A stretch of 64,000 nucleotides of DNA, from the NCBI RefSeq assembly GCF_036321535.1, contig NC_087472.1, positions 103,294,001 through 103,358,000 of the forward strand. Direction: 5' to 3'. Position numbers and translations under genes: made by a program. Below the pieces are notes generated by a model that had not been told where the DNA came from, made no database searches, and saw only the letters and a list, made by a program, of their open reading frames with translations. Shown here piece by piece: positions 39,385-51,833 of this stretch. This DNA comes from Camelus dromedarius. Lineage: Eukaryota. Position 1 is the first letter of the stretch; each line of letters begins with the position of its first letter.

Positions 39385-39786
39385 GTAAGAAGTGCTTCCA
39401 AATATTCAGCCTCTCCTACTATTCAGTATGACTCTTTTCCATGCCTGGGTTTGAATTTGATTTCTTTGTTCTAAAAAGAAAATTTAGGGCCTCCGAATGT
39501 CCTCATCCACAAGTGAGATGTTTGTTTTGTGGTCCCACAGGAACCTAGACCATGTGATGGCTGGACAGGCCCCCTCCTCTCTCCATGTCATAACTCCAGA
39601 GCTTTCTGTACTCACTGGAAGGGAAGAGATTGAAGGATGAATCCATCTGTTAACGTGCCTTATTTTCTTACTCACCAGGGGCAAACTTACGCCAAAGAGG
39701 AGAAACCAGAGATTGTACATGTAAATCTATGTGTATCTGGAGTCCCTCAAAAGACCCTAAACCCACCCTCCCCTTTGTTCATGTAG

Positions 39787-39959
39787 CCAAATGCTGAGCC
39801 TTGGAAAATCAGAGCCGTGGACCTTAGCACTGGAAGGCTTGGTAGGAGTAAAGACTATGGATGTCAAACCACTGCTCAACTACTTTGAGCCCTTGTTGAC
39901 CTGGCTCAAAGACCAGAACAGGAATTCTTTCGTGGGATGGAGCACGGACTGGACTCCAT
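39787..39959 (+). CDS. ACE2: ACE2 coding exon 13
   Basis: [69 protein letters not shown]. Confidence 0.98.
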
Positions 39960-40172
39960 GTGAGTACCCTGAGCTGACGCAGTTCTCATTGTCGCTTTTC
40001 TGTTTTCCCTAATCCTCTCTGGCCCCAGGCTCTTGGGACTGTGACACAGCTGAGTATGTTTTCCCTCTACTTAGACCCTGCTTCTGACTGTGCTGTGGAG
40101 GCAGCTGCCATTTTATCTGGGAGGAAACATTTATTGAGTCCCTACTAGGTATTTGGCACAGTGAAAACTGCA

Positions 40173-40203
<31 letters not shown>

Positions 40204-41195
40204 TTCAAGTCAGCTTTATTAGCTCCATATTTAAAATGAAAGAGTATGTAACAGTCCCCAACCCACTGTATTCAAATCCTGCTCTTCAAAGATAAATACT
40301 TTTTAACAGTTTTAATGCTATTACCTCTTCTTTCTGGCAGCTATAGTCACATTTCTAAACAATTTGTTTATATTGTCATTTCTCCATTGGTCACTTCTGT
40401 CTACTCTTCCACCTCCTTTTCCACCCAATGAAGTTTAACATAATTTTTAGTGATGAAATTATCAATATTTACATCATTATGCCTCCAGAATCAAATAATA
40501 TACTATTTTATATCCTTTCTTATGTGGCTTTTTGTTTGTCCTGAAGTTTCTACTACCTTTTTCTTTTTGCGTGCTTAATTTGCTATCAACGTTGCATTCA
40601 TCTTTTCCAACTATTCCAATATATCTATTCTTTTCAGTCTCATTTTTCCCTAAAGAATTCCCTCTTAGAGTCTCACATCTTTCCGTCTCAATCTGGACCA
40701 CAGTTTTCACCCTCAGTCATCCATTTGCTGCTGTCCGGGGTTGAACCCACTGCCTCCTGGGCGCCATGTCTTCTTTTGTGGATTACCTCTTGTTTTGCTA
40801 CAGCACAGCCTCCAAGTGACTTTCTAAGCAAGAGCTCATGGGGTAGGAGCATCAACTGACCCCCAAAGGGGCTTTAACCATTCCTGGACATTCATTCCCC
40901 TTGTTTTCAGTCCAGTATCTTCTTCCCACCCCCTGCTATATCTGAATCCCAAGCCTCTCCAGGATTCTCTGGAACTTGGGGGGTCTGTACTGCCTCTGTG
41001 TACATATTAGGCTCTTCCTGACCCTTGAGAAAACACTTACCACTCCTCCATAACTTCTCATTTTCCAAAAATGTGTTTCTACCTTTAAAAAATTCCGTAA
41101 CTATCACTTTAGTGGGATCTTGGGAGAGGAAGGAAATAAACACACATGGTCAATCTGTCATCTGTGACAACAGTCTGTTATTTCTCTTTAATCAG

Positions 41196-41254
41196 ATACT
41201 GACCAAAGCATCAAAGTAAGGATAAGCCTAAAATCAGCTCTTGGAGACAAAGCA
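41196..41254 (+). CDS. ACE2: ACE2 coding exon 14 (start of collectrin-like domain)
   Basis: AATCAG| TDQSIKVRISLKSALGDKA |GTGAGT. Confidence 0.97.
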
Positions 41255-41599
41255 GTGAGTATTCTGGACAGCGTGTCTATTACTTTTCTATGCATTCCCT
41301 TAAATTGGACACATGGTTCTCTTAAAAGCTACAAGCCCCAGATTCTGGCCTTTGGCTTTTGGGTTGGTTTTTTTAGTAATGCATTCCTTATTGGATTGGC
41401 TGTGCCTGCTTTTTCCTTGTTACTTTGAATGTGTTACGAAGATCGATGAGAAAACATCCAATCTTAAGTATCAAATATCCCCCCTCCCAATTCGCTCTTA
41501 TCACCATTACTTGTATTTTGAGGAAGAGGACATGGTTATATTTTGAGAGATTGTTTTTAGAAGTAGTGTAGGTAGTTTTGCTTTGTTTTGTTTTAGTCA

Positions 41600-41905
41600 A
41601 TCATCTATATGCTAGAAGCTTGTTTTAATCTTTGACCCCAGCCTTGGACCTGCTTAATCAGAATCTGCATTTTAATCAGCGCCTGGGTGGTTTGTAGACA
41701 CAATAAAGACTGGGAAGCTCTGGTTTAGAACACTGTTTCTCAAACCTGGCTGTACGGTGGAGTCATTTGAGATGTTTTAAAAATATTCATGCTTTGAGTC
41801 TCGCTCCCAGACATTCTGACTTCATTGCTCTGGAGTGTGGCATCAGGAGTCGGAAAAGCTCCCCAGGTGATTGTAATTACAGCACAGTTTGAGAACCACC
41901 AATGT
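41600..41905. mobile_element. MER5A/MER5B hAT DNA transposon fragments (tandem)
   Basis: AATCAGAATCTGCATTTTAA; AAGCTCCCCAGGTGATT..GTTTGAGAACCAC. Confidence 0.75.
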
Positions 41906-43382
41906 AGAGATGCATTTCAGGACGACAAAATGTTTTACAGAAAATCATATTCCTGACACCTTCAGGTGAATTATTTTAATCAGCTCGTGCTTTCTCCTAA
42001 GCACCTGCTTCAGGTTATCCAGTTTGAAGGAGTAGCAGCTTTGATTGGGAAAGAGGAAAGCAGAGGGCCACCCCAGGCAGATGGGGATCAAAGGCCTGGG
42101 TGTGGGTGGCACTCCGAAGGTTTTACAGGATTGGAGGGCAACCTGGCATTATTGGATAAAACAGTCCAAGATGCTACAGAAACTGTCTCTTGCATTGGAT
42201 AGGCCCAGAGATTGTATTTCTACCCTTACTTTTCCTGGGAAGTTAAATATTGTCCAAGGCTCCACAGTAGTTGTAGTGTAATTGTCATAGATAAGTAAGA
42301 CATCAAAATATCAATAACAATAGGAGTTAAAAAAATGAACATTTAAGGAGGAAATAATAAAAATGGAGGCACATCACTTCCCAAACTCTAAAAGTTGAAG
42401 TTCCGATTTCTTAGCAATCATTGAATGTCTCTGGGATTATTTCTTTCTGTCATATTTTTATTAGCTCTTCCTTGGACTAATAAATTTTGATTACTTTGAT
42501 TTATTTGTGGGAGAGAGTGAGCTCCACGTCCTTCTGTTCTGCCATCTTGAAGCCCCTCCTCTAAAGTATCCAGTAGATCAGGATCCCTTTCAATTATCTT
42601 CTTTTGTCTTGATATTTGTCCCCATGTCCTCTTTCCAGGCCTTGCGGGATTAGTAAATAGTCTTCAGAGGGGCTGATGGTGTAACGTTGAGGCCAATTCA
42701 CTGAGCAGCAGGCTGCTTTGATGAGACCAGAACCACACTTGTAGCCACCTACACATCAGGACCAGAATAGCTGCCCAGTTCCAACTATTTCAAGGCAAAG
42801 TCCAACTACATCTTTGATGCCATTTTGAGAAATTAGCCTTTAATTTTTTTGAATATAGAAATAGTAACCAGAATATTATTAGTTAGTGATATTAATACTA
42901 TCATTATTACTGTTAAAGCAGCTTTTCCCAACACCTGAGTGATATCAAGCAGAGGTCAACTTGGCAATCCTTTTGTGAAATCTTGTAATTGTTTTTCCTT
43001 AAAGGGAAAGAAGAGACGCAAACTTTGTGCTATTCATTGATCTCTACTGCCACCTACTGGAGGAAAGAGTGAATGCTTTTTTTCTCTTTCAACAAGTTTT
43101 ATACACCACCCATTTGTTTAGCACTGAAAGCCAAGAACAAATGATCCTGTTTACAAAAAAAAAAAAAAAATGTTTTCCTTTGAACTTCAAGAATTTCTGT
43201 TTCTTTTATGCTTATACATATCTGAGAACTTGTTATAAAAATAGTAAAAACTCAGCATATCTGTCTACAGTATACAGACATTTTAACCAAAACCAATGGT
43301 TTACATGACTCCCACCTATAAACCTGCCTTCACGGCGTTAATTTTGGCTCACATCAAACTAAGTTAAAAGGGCCAGTGAGCC

Positions 43383-43570
43383 CAGTGGTTCTTAAAGCGT
43401 GGATGCTGGACCAGCACTACTAGCACCACCTGGGAGCTTGTTAGAGCTGCAAATTCTTGAGTCTCATTCCAGACCTTCTAAATTAGAAATTCTGAGGTAG
43501 GGCCCAGTATTCAGTGGTTTAACAGGCCCTCCAGGTGACACTGATGAACACTCGAGCTGGAGGTCACTGA
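43383..43570. mobile_element. MER5A DNA transposon
   Basis: CAGTGGTTCTTAAAG..CACCACCTGGGAGCTTGTTAGA..TTTAACAGGCCCTCCAGGTGA. Confidence 0.8.
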
Positions 43571-43685
43571 CAGTGCCTAGCAAGAATCTTTGGAATCTCA
43601 GACAACTGAAAAATAATGCTTGTGGAGTATCAGTTTAACGTAACCCATGATCCCTCTGAACAGTGCTTTCCTTTTGAATTTACAG

Positions 43686-43786
43686 TATGAATGGAATGAC
43701 AATGAAATGTACTTGTTCCAGTCATCTCTTGCCTATGCCATGAGAAAGTATTTTTTAAAAGTCCAAAACCAGACCATTCTTTTCGG
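43686..43786 (+). CDS. ACE2: ACE2 coding exon 15
   Basis: [45 protein letters not shown]. Confidence 0.98.
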
Positions 43787-45123
43787 GTGAGTTCACTTGT
43801 GCCCTCAAGTTCCTCCAACCCGTACTTCCCTTCCTCTTGGGTTTAAGAAAATATTACACTTAAACTTTTATTCCAGTGAAATTAAGAAAAATCTCTTACT
43901 AACTTTTAAACCTCTGATATCCTGGGATTGGGGCCACTTTATTTGGGGATGACTGTGACTTATTTGACTTGTCAATTGCAAGAGCACTGTTCTTATTAGA
44001 TGGCCCCCTCCTCGTCTCTCTCCTCCCCTCCCCTCCCCTCCTCTCTCCCCTTCTTTTCCTCAAATGCTCTCAGCCACCCTCAGCTCTGAAAAAAGGGAGA
44101 AATGACTGCTTTCATTGAGCTTATATTCTAATGTATGTGTTTTATGTGAGTGTGCATGTGTTATAGACCACCGACAAAATATATAAGAGAAATATAGTAG
44201 AATTAGATAGTGATAAATGTTAGGGAGTGCTGGGGTGTGTGTGTGTAGAGTTCAATTTTAACTAAAATGTTCAGAAAAGGCCTTGTTCATATTTGAGCAC
44301 ATAGCTGAAGCAGGAAAGAGAGCCAGTGGTGCAGACAACGGGGGCGGGGGGAATGTTCAGGGGAAAATAGCAGGTGGAAAGACCCCGAGGAACAAATATC
44401 CACCTGTTGAAGGACCAGCAAGGAGGCCAGTGTGGCTGGAGCAGAGGGAGACAATAGGAGGCAAGCGGGAGATGTAGGCAGGGTAGTCCCCGGCCGTGGG
44501 CGTGGGAAGGCGAGGAGAAAGTTCACGTGGGCCTTGCAAGCCAGTCTCAGGACACTGGCTTCCATTCTGAGTGAGAAAGGCTCTGGGCCACAGGGTCAGC
44601 CTTAGGCTTTATTAGATCAGTCTGGCAGCTGTGAGAGCACAGTCTTGTCACGTTGTGCTGTAAGCACCCGCTCTCCGTCACCGCGGGGTGTACCATGCCG
44701 GTTTGCTCTGGGCAGGGCCGGGTGGGAATATGTAAATGCACCACCTCTGCCTCAGAAACTGAGCCATCCCTGCCTAGCATCTTGTTGACCACAGTCCTGG
44801 CTCACCAAGGACTCCTCGCTGATTCTTCTGGTGCTTTCAGTTTGAAGTATTTCTGTCATTGAAAAAGAACCGCGGTTCTCCTATGGTGGCCGAACCAATA
44901 GTGCCAAGATTTGCTATCACAATTTCCATAGCTGAGTTCATTCACTTTGGGTGGTGTTCCGGTTTTTTGGACAATGACATCCTTCCATTAGCGGCCCCAC
45001 CCATGTCTCTCTCCTTTACCCTGAGGTCCTCCCCTTCATCTCCTTTTCACCGGCAGAAATCTTCACTCTCTTTATTGTGTCCTCCATGCCACAAGGGGAG
45101 CTGTTTCTTTGGTTTCTCCACAG

Positions 45124-45240
45124 GGTGGAGGACGTGTGGGTGAGTGATTTGAAACCAAGAATCTCCTTCAGCTTCTTTGTCACTTCACCTAAAAATGTGT
45201 CTGACATCATTCCTAGAACTGAAGTCGAAGAGGCCATCAG
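45124..45240 (+). CDS. ACE2: ACE2 coding exon 16
   Basis: [50 protein letters not shown]. Confidence 0.97.
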
Positions 45241-45402
45241 GTGATATTTTATTTTCAAATGAACTATATAAGTGCGACAAGAACTGTAAGGAATATTTAG
45301 GGTGCTCTTACACCACCAGGCACCATTCTGAATCATTTACATGTTTTTGCTCATCTGAAAAACGTGGGGTTTCATTCCAGAACGATCTCATAGCAAGGGA
45401 AT

Positions 45403-45865
45403 TGTCTTGATTGGGTTTCTCCAGATGCAGGTCCTCAGACAAGGATTTGAGTGTAAGTAGTTTCTTTGGGAAGTGATCTCAAGAAACACTGATAGAGAAA
45501 TGTGGGCAGGAGACAGCAAGGGAGGAAGGGAATAAATGACACATTATGAGCAAGTGGCTACTGTGGGCAACTCGAGTGCCATTCTGCTGGGGAATTCTGG
45601 GAGACGGTGTAGAACATGCAGCTGAATTGGCCCATCAGATCTGGGGTGTTTATTTACCATCTCCTGGGAGTCATGGGTGAGAACTGCTTACAGGTGGCAG
45701 TAACCCCTCTACATTGCTGGCCAGCAGACAGGGCCAAATCTTGCGGCTTGGGAATTCTTCCAGGCCAAGGCAGCAGGTACTGGCTGAAGGAAGTCTGGCC
45801 AGCACACCCAGAAAATGGTAAGTGCAGAGCGGACATACACAGGGGTTGCTGTCATGTGCTGTAGG
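45403..45865 (-). mobile_element. ERVL LTR16-family solo LTR remnant
   Basis: TGTCTTGATTGGGTTTCTCCAGATGCAG..GACAAGGATTTGAGTGTAAGTAGTTT..GGGAAGTGATC, typical LTR16/LTR33 terminus; strand tentative. Confidence 0.65.
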
Positions 45866-45968
45866 GACTTTGTTGTAGGATTCATTTAACCAAAGTCTGG
45901 AACAAGGTGGGCAAGGATAGTATTCCTTAGACATTGTTTAGCCTCCACATCAGAAGATGAACTTGGTA

Positions 45969-46549
45969 GTATGGAGATTCCTTAAAAAACTAAAAATAGA
46001 GCTACCATATGATCCAGCAGTCCCCCTCCTGGGCATATATCTGGAGGAAACTCTAATTTGAAAAGATACATGCACCCCAATGTTCAAGGCAGCATTATTT
46101 ACAATAGCCAAGATATGGAAACAACCTGAATGTCCATTGACAGATGACTAGATAAAGAAGTTGTGGTAGATATAAATAATGGAATACTACTCAGCCATAA
46201 AAAATAATGAAATAATGCCTTTTGCAGCAACATGGATGGACCTGGAGACCATCATTCTACGTGAAGCCAGAAAGAGAAAAATACCATATATCACTTATAT
46301 GTAGACTCTAAAAAATGAGACAAATGAACTTATTTACAAAACAGAAACAGATCACAGACATAGAGAACAAACTTATGGTTGCTAGGGATGAAAGGGAGGG
46401 TGGTGGAGGGATAAATTAGGAGTTCAGGATTTGCAGATACTAACTACTATATATAAAATAGATAAATGACACAGTCCTACTGTATAGCACAGGGAACTAT
46501 ACTCAATACCTTGTAATAACCTATAATTGAAAAGAATATGAAAAGGAAT

Positions 46550-46605
<56 letters not shown>

Positions 46606-46673
46606 CTGAATCACTGTGCTGTACAACAGAAACTAACACAACATTGTAAACTAACTATACTTCAATTAAGAAA
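45969..46673 (+). mobile_element. Cetartiodactyl-type L1 3' end, 5'-truncated, with internal (TA)n
   Basis: ORF2-end AAAATAGAGCTACCATATGATCCAGCAG..GCAGCAACATGGATGGACCT..TATAGCACAGGGAACTAT; 15-bp TSD AAGA[T/G]GAACTTGGTA at 45954-45968 and 46674-46688; (TA)n ~46562-46603. Confidence 0.92.
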
Positions 46674-46845
46674 AAGAGGAACTTGGTATTGGCAGTGAGC
46701 GTTGAGAAGGAACAGTTTTCTCAATTTGCCTCAGCTGTTTCTCAAAACAGCAAAAGTGAAGACTGGATAGATGTAGGTATTTGCCCTAGCCGTTAAAGAA
46801 ACAAACAAAACCCCAAAAAACTTGAGATACCTGCTGCAACGGAGA

Positions 46846-46864
46846 TGCTCACTAGGTGGCGCCC
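46846..46864 (+). promoter_or_regulatory. Candidate CTCF site
   Basis: TGCTCACTAGGTGGCGCCC closely matches the CTCF core CCACYAGRKGGCRC, with TGCAA just upstream. Confidence 0.6.
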
Positions 46865-47424
46865 CTGAGCTGCCGTTCATCTTCGGAAGCCGAATCAGGA
46901 TCTGAAGGGCAGTGTGCCTAGAAAATCCGGTTTAGTAGGGTATCCAATGCGACCACGCCTAGAGACTCACTGGCTGCCTCCAAGTGATTTGTCTTGGGGG
47001 AAAGTGCCAGCTGAGGTCATCGTGAAAGAGCCCAGCCCTCCTGCAAGCTGCAGGGGTCCTCAAACTTCCTGTTTCCAGAATGACGAGACTCTTCAAGGCG
47101 GAGGTTGCCAGGGGTCACGTGGCTAATTCTGCTTTGACCTACCTCTCTATCTGGGTGGACTCTGACCTCCTGACTATACCCAAGGGCAGAGCGATGGGAT
47201 CCCAGACACTTTGGTTTTCAATCCAGAATATTGAACATTTCACTATTTTTTGTTTTTGTTTTAAAAATCATCTTTGATGTACTTTGATTTCATGGTGATT
47301 GTAGATGTACATTTTTGAGATAAGCCTTATCAAATTCGTTTGGGAACAATAATATAAATAATTGCATGCAATTTTATTTTGCCTAAGTGTCCCTTTTGCC
47401 TAAATGTTTTGCTTTGGGGAATAG

Positions 47425-47619
47425 GATGTCCCGGAGCCGTATCAATGATGCTTTCCGCCTGGATGACAACAGCCTGGAGTTTCTGGGTATTCAGCCGACT
47501 CTAGGGCCCCCTTACGAACCGCCTGTCACCGTATGGCTGATTATCTTTGGGATCGTGATGGGACTGGTAGTGGTTGGGATTGTCGTGCTCATCTTCACTG
47601 GGATCAGAGATCGAAGGAA
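47425..47619 (+). CDS. ACE2: ACE2 coding exon 17 (stalk and transmembrane helix)
   Basis: [76 protein letters not shown]. Confidence 0.98.
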
Positions 47620-49404
47620 GTAAGTGACCTTTCCTAGACTTACCTATCCTAAAACAGAAAGGTTTAGGGAAAACAAACTGGAAAGTTTGTAGTATCTGGT
47701 AGGTTGTACAAGCCAACTACTTACTTGGACAATTTTGCACCTAAATTTTCTAGGGCATCCCCTAGAAATGTACCAGATTTCATCAGCACTTTGCCTTCCT
47801 AGCAAATCCTACCATACAGATGTCCAGCCTGGGGTTTACTGGCATGCCCGGGTCAACTCCATCCTGGCCACAGCATCATTTCCCTGCTGCTAAGAGGCAC
47901 TCCAAACTCAGCAGGGGTGGGTAGGCTCAGGGGATTATCCTTACTGATGAGTCCTCCTTGGTCTAGAAGTGACCCTAGAGATTGGATTAGTGGTGGGTTT
48001 GAACTGTGAAATCAAGAATGAGCTCTGAGAGTTGCTTCTGACTACTACACTGGAATCTTCATTCCTCCTTGAGTAGCCCAGATGCCTTTCTGTCCCCTCA
48101 GTTCTTGAGTCAGATGCCCTCTCATTTGTTCTTGAACTGAAGATCCAAGTTAATTGAGGATTTAAATCACTAGAGACCTGATTTATAGTCTTGCTCTGCC
48201 AGTAGATTTGTTTTCTGACCTTGAGAAATCATTTACTTTTGTTGGGCTTATGTAATTAAGGTTAATAATATTTTATAGCACCTAACAAAACACTTCAGGT
48301 TGTTTAAACATGTTCTTGTTTCAATTTTTACAGGCACTAGTCTATTTTGCTCATTCTTTACTATAGAGATTTTTTGTTCCCCAAAATAGATTCATTTTAA
48401 AAATTAGGCATTGGCTAGAATACAGTCATATAGTTCAAATTTTTTAAGTGCAAAATGGGACTTAGAGTCTCCCTGTCACTTTTTGCTTCCAAGTTCCCTT
48501 CCCAAAGTCAGTAAAAAGGATCTGTTTTTCAGAGACCGGATTAATCAGAATCTGCATTTTAGTAAGATTCCCCAGGTGACTGATACGCACATTTGAGAAG
48601 CACTCTTCTGTATACTAAAAATTGGCACATGTGATGCTGTTCCAAAGTGAATTCATTAAAGAAATTATGTGGGGGCACCCCCTTCATGCTACACACTATG
48701 TTAATAGAAGGTACACAGAAAAATAGGACTGTCAATCCTGCTCAGTACTTTCATACATTAATGTTCTCAGCACATGTATGACATAAATGTGTGATTATCT
48801 TCATGTATATATAAGACTGAGATTCCAGGAGGCCAAGAAACTTTCTCACATTTACACAGCTAGTCAGTGACACGTGACGATATATCTCAGTTTGTAAAGC
48901 TGATTGTTTTACTACAAAGAGGTCTACCCTGGTCTTTATACTTTGGAAGCTGATAACTTAGTAGGGAAGCTCTTTAAAATGAAAGTGACTGGCTAAATAA
49001 CCACCAAGTTCCTGAAAATAATAATAATGGTTAATATTTATTAAGGATTATACACCAGGTAGTGTCAGTACTCTGCCAGCATTATTTCACTGACGTCACA
49101 TAATGGCTATCATTTTCCAAATAGGCAGACTGAGGTCCAGAGGCCCCCTCTCTGTGACTCTAGAGCTTATACAGTAACCAGTCTGCTATGCTCAGCCAGG
49201 CATCATGCCAACAGATCATGGGGCTAAAGAAGTGAATGCAATGCACTCTGGGTGCTTATAGTCCATTAAGAGGGTCTGATATGCAAATGAGACCAGCAGT
49301 GATTGGATGCTGAGATGTGAAAGATGCCTGAGCCCAGTGGAGTCCAAGAGAGGCCATGTCATTCTAAGATCATGATATTAAGTTGACTTCACTTTATTTA
49401 ACAG

Positions 49405-49513
49405 GAAAAAACAAGCAAGCACTGAAGAAAATCCTTATGGTTCCGTGGACTTGAGTAAAGGAGAAAACAATTCAGGATTCCAAAATGGTGACGATGTTCA
49501 GACTTCATTTTAG
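49405..49513 (+). CDS. ACE2: ACE2 coding exon 18 (cytoplasmic tail, stop)
   Basis: [44 protein letters not shown] (49511-49513). Confidence 0.98.
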
Positions 49514-50351
49514 AAAAATCTATTTTATTTCCTCTTGAGGTGATTTTATTGTATGTAAATGTTAGTTTCACGGTACAGAAAATATAAGATTATAAGGATG
49601 TCATTAAATGTCAAAACTGTGGCTCTGTTTGGAAAAAGTTGTCCAGAGAAGATACACCTGAGGAGAGGGCATCTTCACTTGCATTGCTTTTAGTATTTGT
49701 TTCTGCCTCAGGATTTGACTTCTCTTCTGTTTCCTGAAAGAAATGTTTCTATTTAAAAATAGAGAAAATGTGTCTTTTGGCCTCACAGGCTGTTCAGGGC
49801 TAATAGAAATGGAAATGGAAATGTCTGTTGTGTTGCTGGAACAAAAAAGGAGACATGGTGGGAACAAGTGTTGGGTCTTGTGTGGAATCTGGATGGGTCA
49901 CTTTGAAGGACAGTGCCTGTGAACTGTTGGAAATGTAGGGATGGAGAACACACTGTTCACTTTGATTTAATTCATGTGTAAAGGATGACATGCTCTCTTC
50001 ACGTTAACTTAATCTAAGTACTATAGTGATTTGCCCACAGTGATGATTGGTCTGGAACATGCCTTCTTCAGGGTGACAGGGCGACAAAAGAGAGAAGAAT
50101 CCAGAGAGCCGTTAGAGGACATCGCCTTCCAAGCTGCTTGATCACCATCTTCCTGACAACATAACACTCACCCCAGGGGCCTCTGTGAACCCCCTCCAGA
50201 GCCCATCTGATAGAAACTCGCTTCAGTTGTTCTCTGTGGAGTGCTTGGAAATCCCAACTGAATGCCACCCTCTGAAGTGGGCACCCGATCTCTTCAATCT
50301 TTTGCATTTGCCCACAATGTCTGAACAGTGCTGAGCACAAAGCAGACACTC

Positions 50352-50357
50352 AATAAA
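50352..50357 (+). terminator. ACE2: ACE2 polyadenylation signal AATAAA
   Basis: AATAAA ~840 nt after the stop codon, in context GCAGACACTCAATAAA...AGATTTACACACTC, resembling the end of the human ACE2 mRNA as I recall it. Confidence 0.8.
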
Positions 50358-51214
50358 CATTTATTAGATTTACACACTCCTGTAGTCTCATGTGTATTTA
50401 CATGCTGGGGCTTCCTTGGATTCTGTCTGCTTTTCACTTCCAGGAACAAAGTTGCAGTCTGACTGCCTGGGATGGTTGACCTCCCAAATTGGAATGTATT
50501 CCAATGTCTTCAATTGGAATATATATTTATATTTATTATATATAAATTATATATTATTATTTATTATATTATAATAAATATAAAGCAATTACAAAATCAG
50601 TCTAAAAAGAGTTGTGTTAAGAGTGTCTACACTATCAGGTTAGGAACCAAACCTGGTAGTGCTTTTATATATCTCAGAGCCCCCAGCCCAGGTCTGAGCA
50701 CAGCATCCATTACAGACCTGAATACTGATTTAAAATGGATTAAATAGTTTAAAATATCTAAACTCTACCCATCAGTTCAGTCTATGTGGTGATCAGCATA
50801 ATGTTAGAGTAACTTTGTGCTAAATGAATGAATTCTACAGAGATAATGGTAATGGCAGATTCGTCAGCCACGTCAGGGGTGGACAGCCTTTTTGTTCACT
50901 TCTGAAAGAGTGTAGGCAGACCTCTGGTTCAAAACAACCACAATAAATACAACATACCACCACTAAACACAGTTAATTCAGAATTATCATGCATGTTTTA
51001 AATAGTATGAATATTGTTCCTTTACTTGATTCCTCCTGGCATCACTGGACTTATTTTCTGATAAACTTCTACTGGTTCCTTAAAAATCTTGCTTGGCTAG
51101 ATTTTTGGAGCCAGGCTTCTAAGCAAGGCTTTGGCTTCTTTTCATAGTAGACAATTCTGTGTTTGAATTTTTATGGCAAGCATGTATTACTTTAGCTATA
51201 AAGAGGATTATTTT

Positions 51215-51833
51215 TGTTACTGAACCAAACTTGTGTCTCCTTTCCCGACACACAGCAAAGCCAATCTACTGACACTGGGTTATGGTGAAGGAAGGTACAG
51301 CGATTCTTACAAGGCGCCCAACATGGGGCCAGGTAAGGAGACCTGAACTTCTGGGTGGCTCTTAGGGAAGGGCTTTTAAAGGCAACATTAGGGGCTAGGG
51401 TTGTAGGGTGAATGATTAGCTCATGGACATTTTTCTGATTGGATGGTGGTGAGGTAACAGGGTAGTATTTCCAGAGTGAACATCATCAACCTTCTGGTTC
51501 TAACTTGTCTCGTGTCTATATGCTGGTAGTCAGCATGCAGTTAGCTTCTTCCACCTGGTGGGAGTTTTAGTATCTGCAAAACAACGCAAGGATATGGCTC
51601 GGGATATTAGCTGTAGCCCTTGAGCAAGAACTCAAGGTCTTTCTCTTTGTTTTATGACTAAACTTACTATTTTGTCTTGCTTGACTGTTTTTCTTTGTTT
51701 CTGCATTTTCTCATTTCTCTGATTAAATTTGCTCTTTGGAACTCAGGGAAGGCCTAGGAGGCTCAAGATTTTCTACAAACAAGAGGGGAGGGTCTCTTTC
51801 TGGGAAGGTGCCATTGGGTCCTGCTCGGTTTCA
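51215..51833 (-). mobile_element. ERV1-class solo LTR, MER41-like
   Basis: TG...CA termini (TGTTAC 51215; TTTCA 51833) flanked by 4-bp TTTT TSD; minus strand starts TGAAACCGAGCAGGACCC; CCAAT box (ATTGG ~51438) and TTTAAA TATA-like box. Confidence 0.75.
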
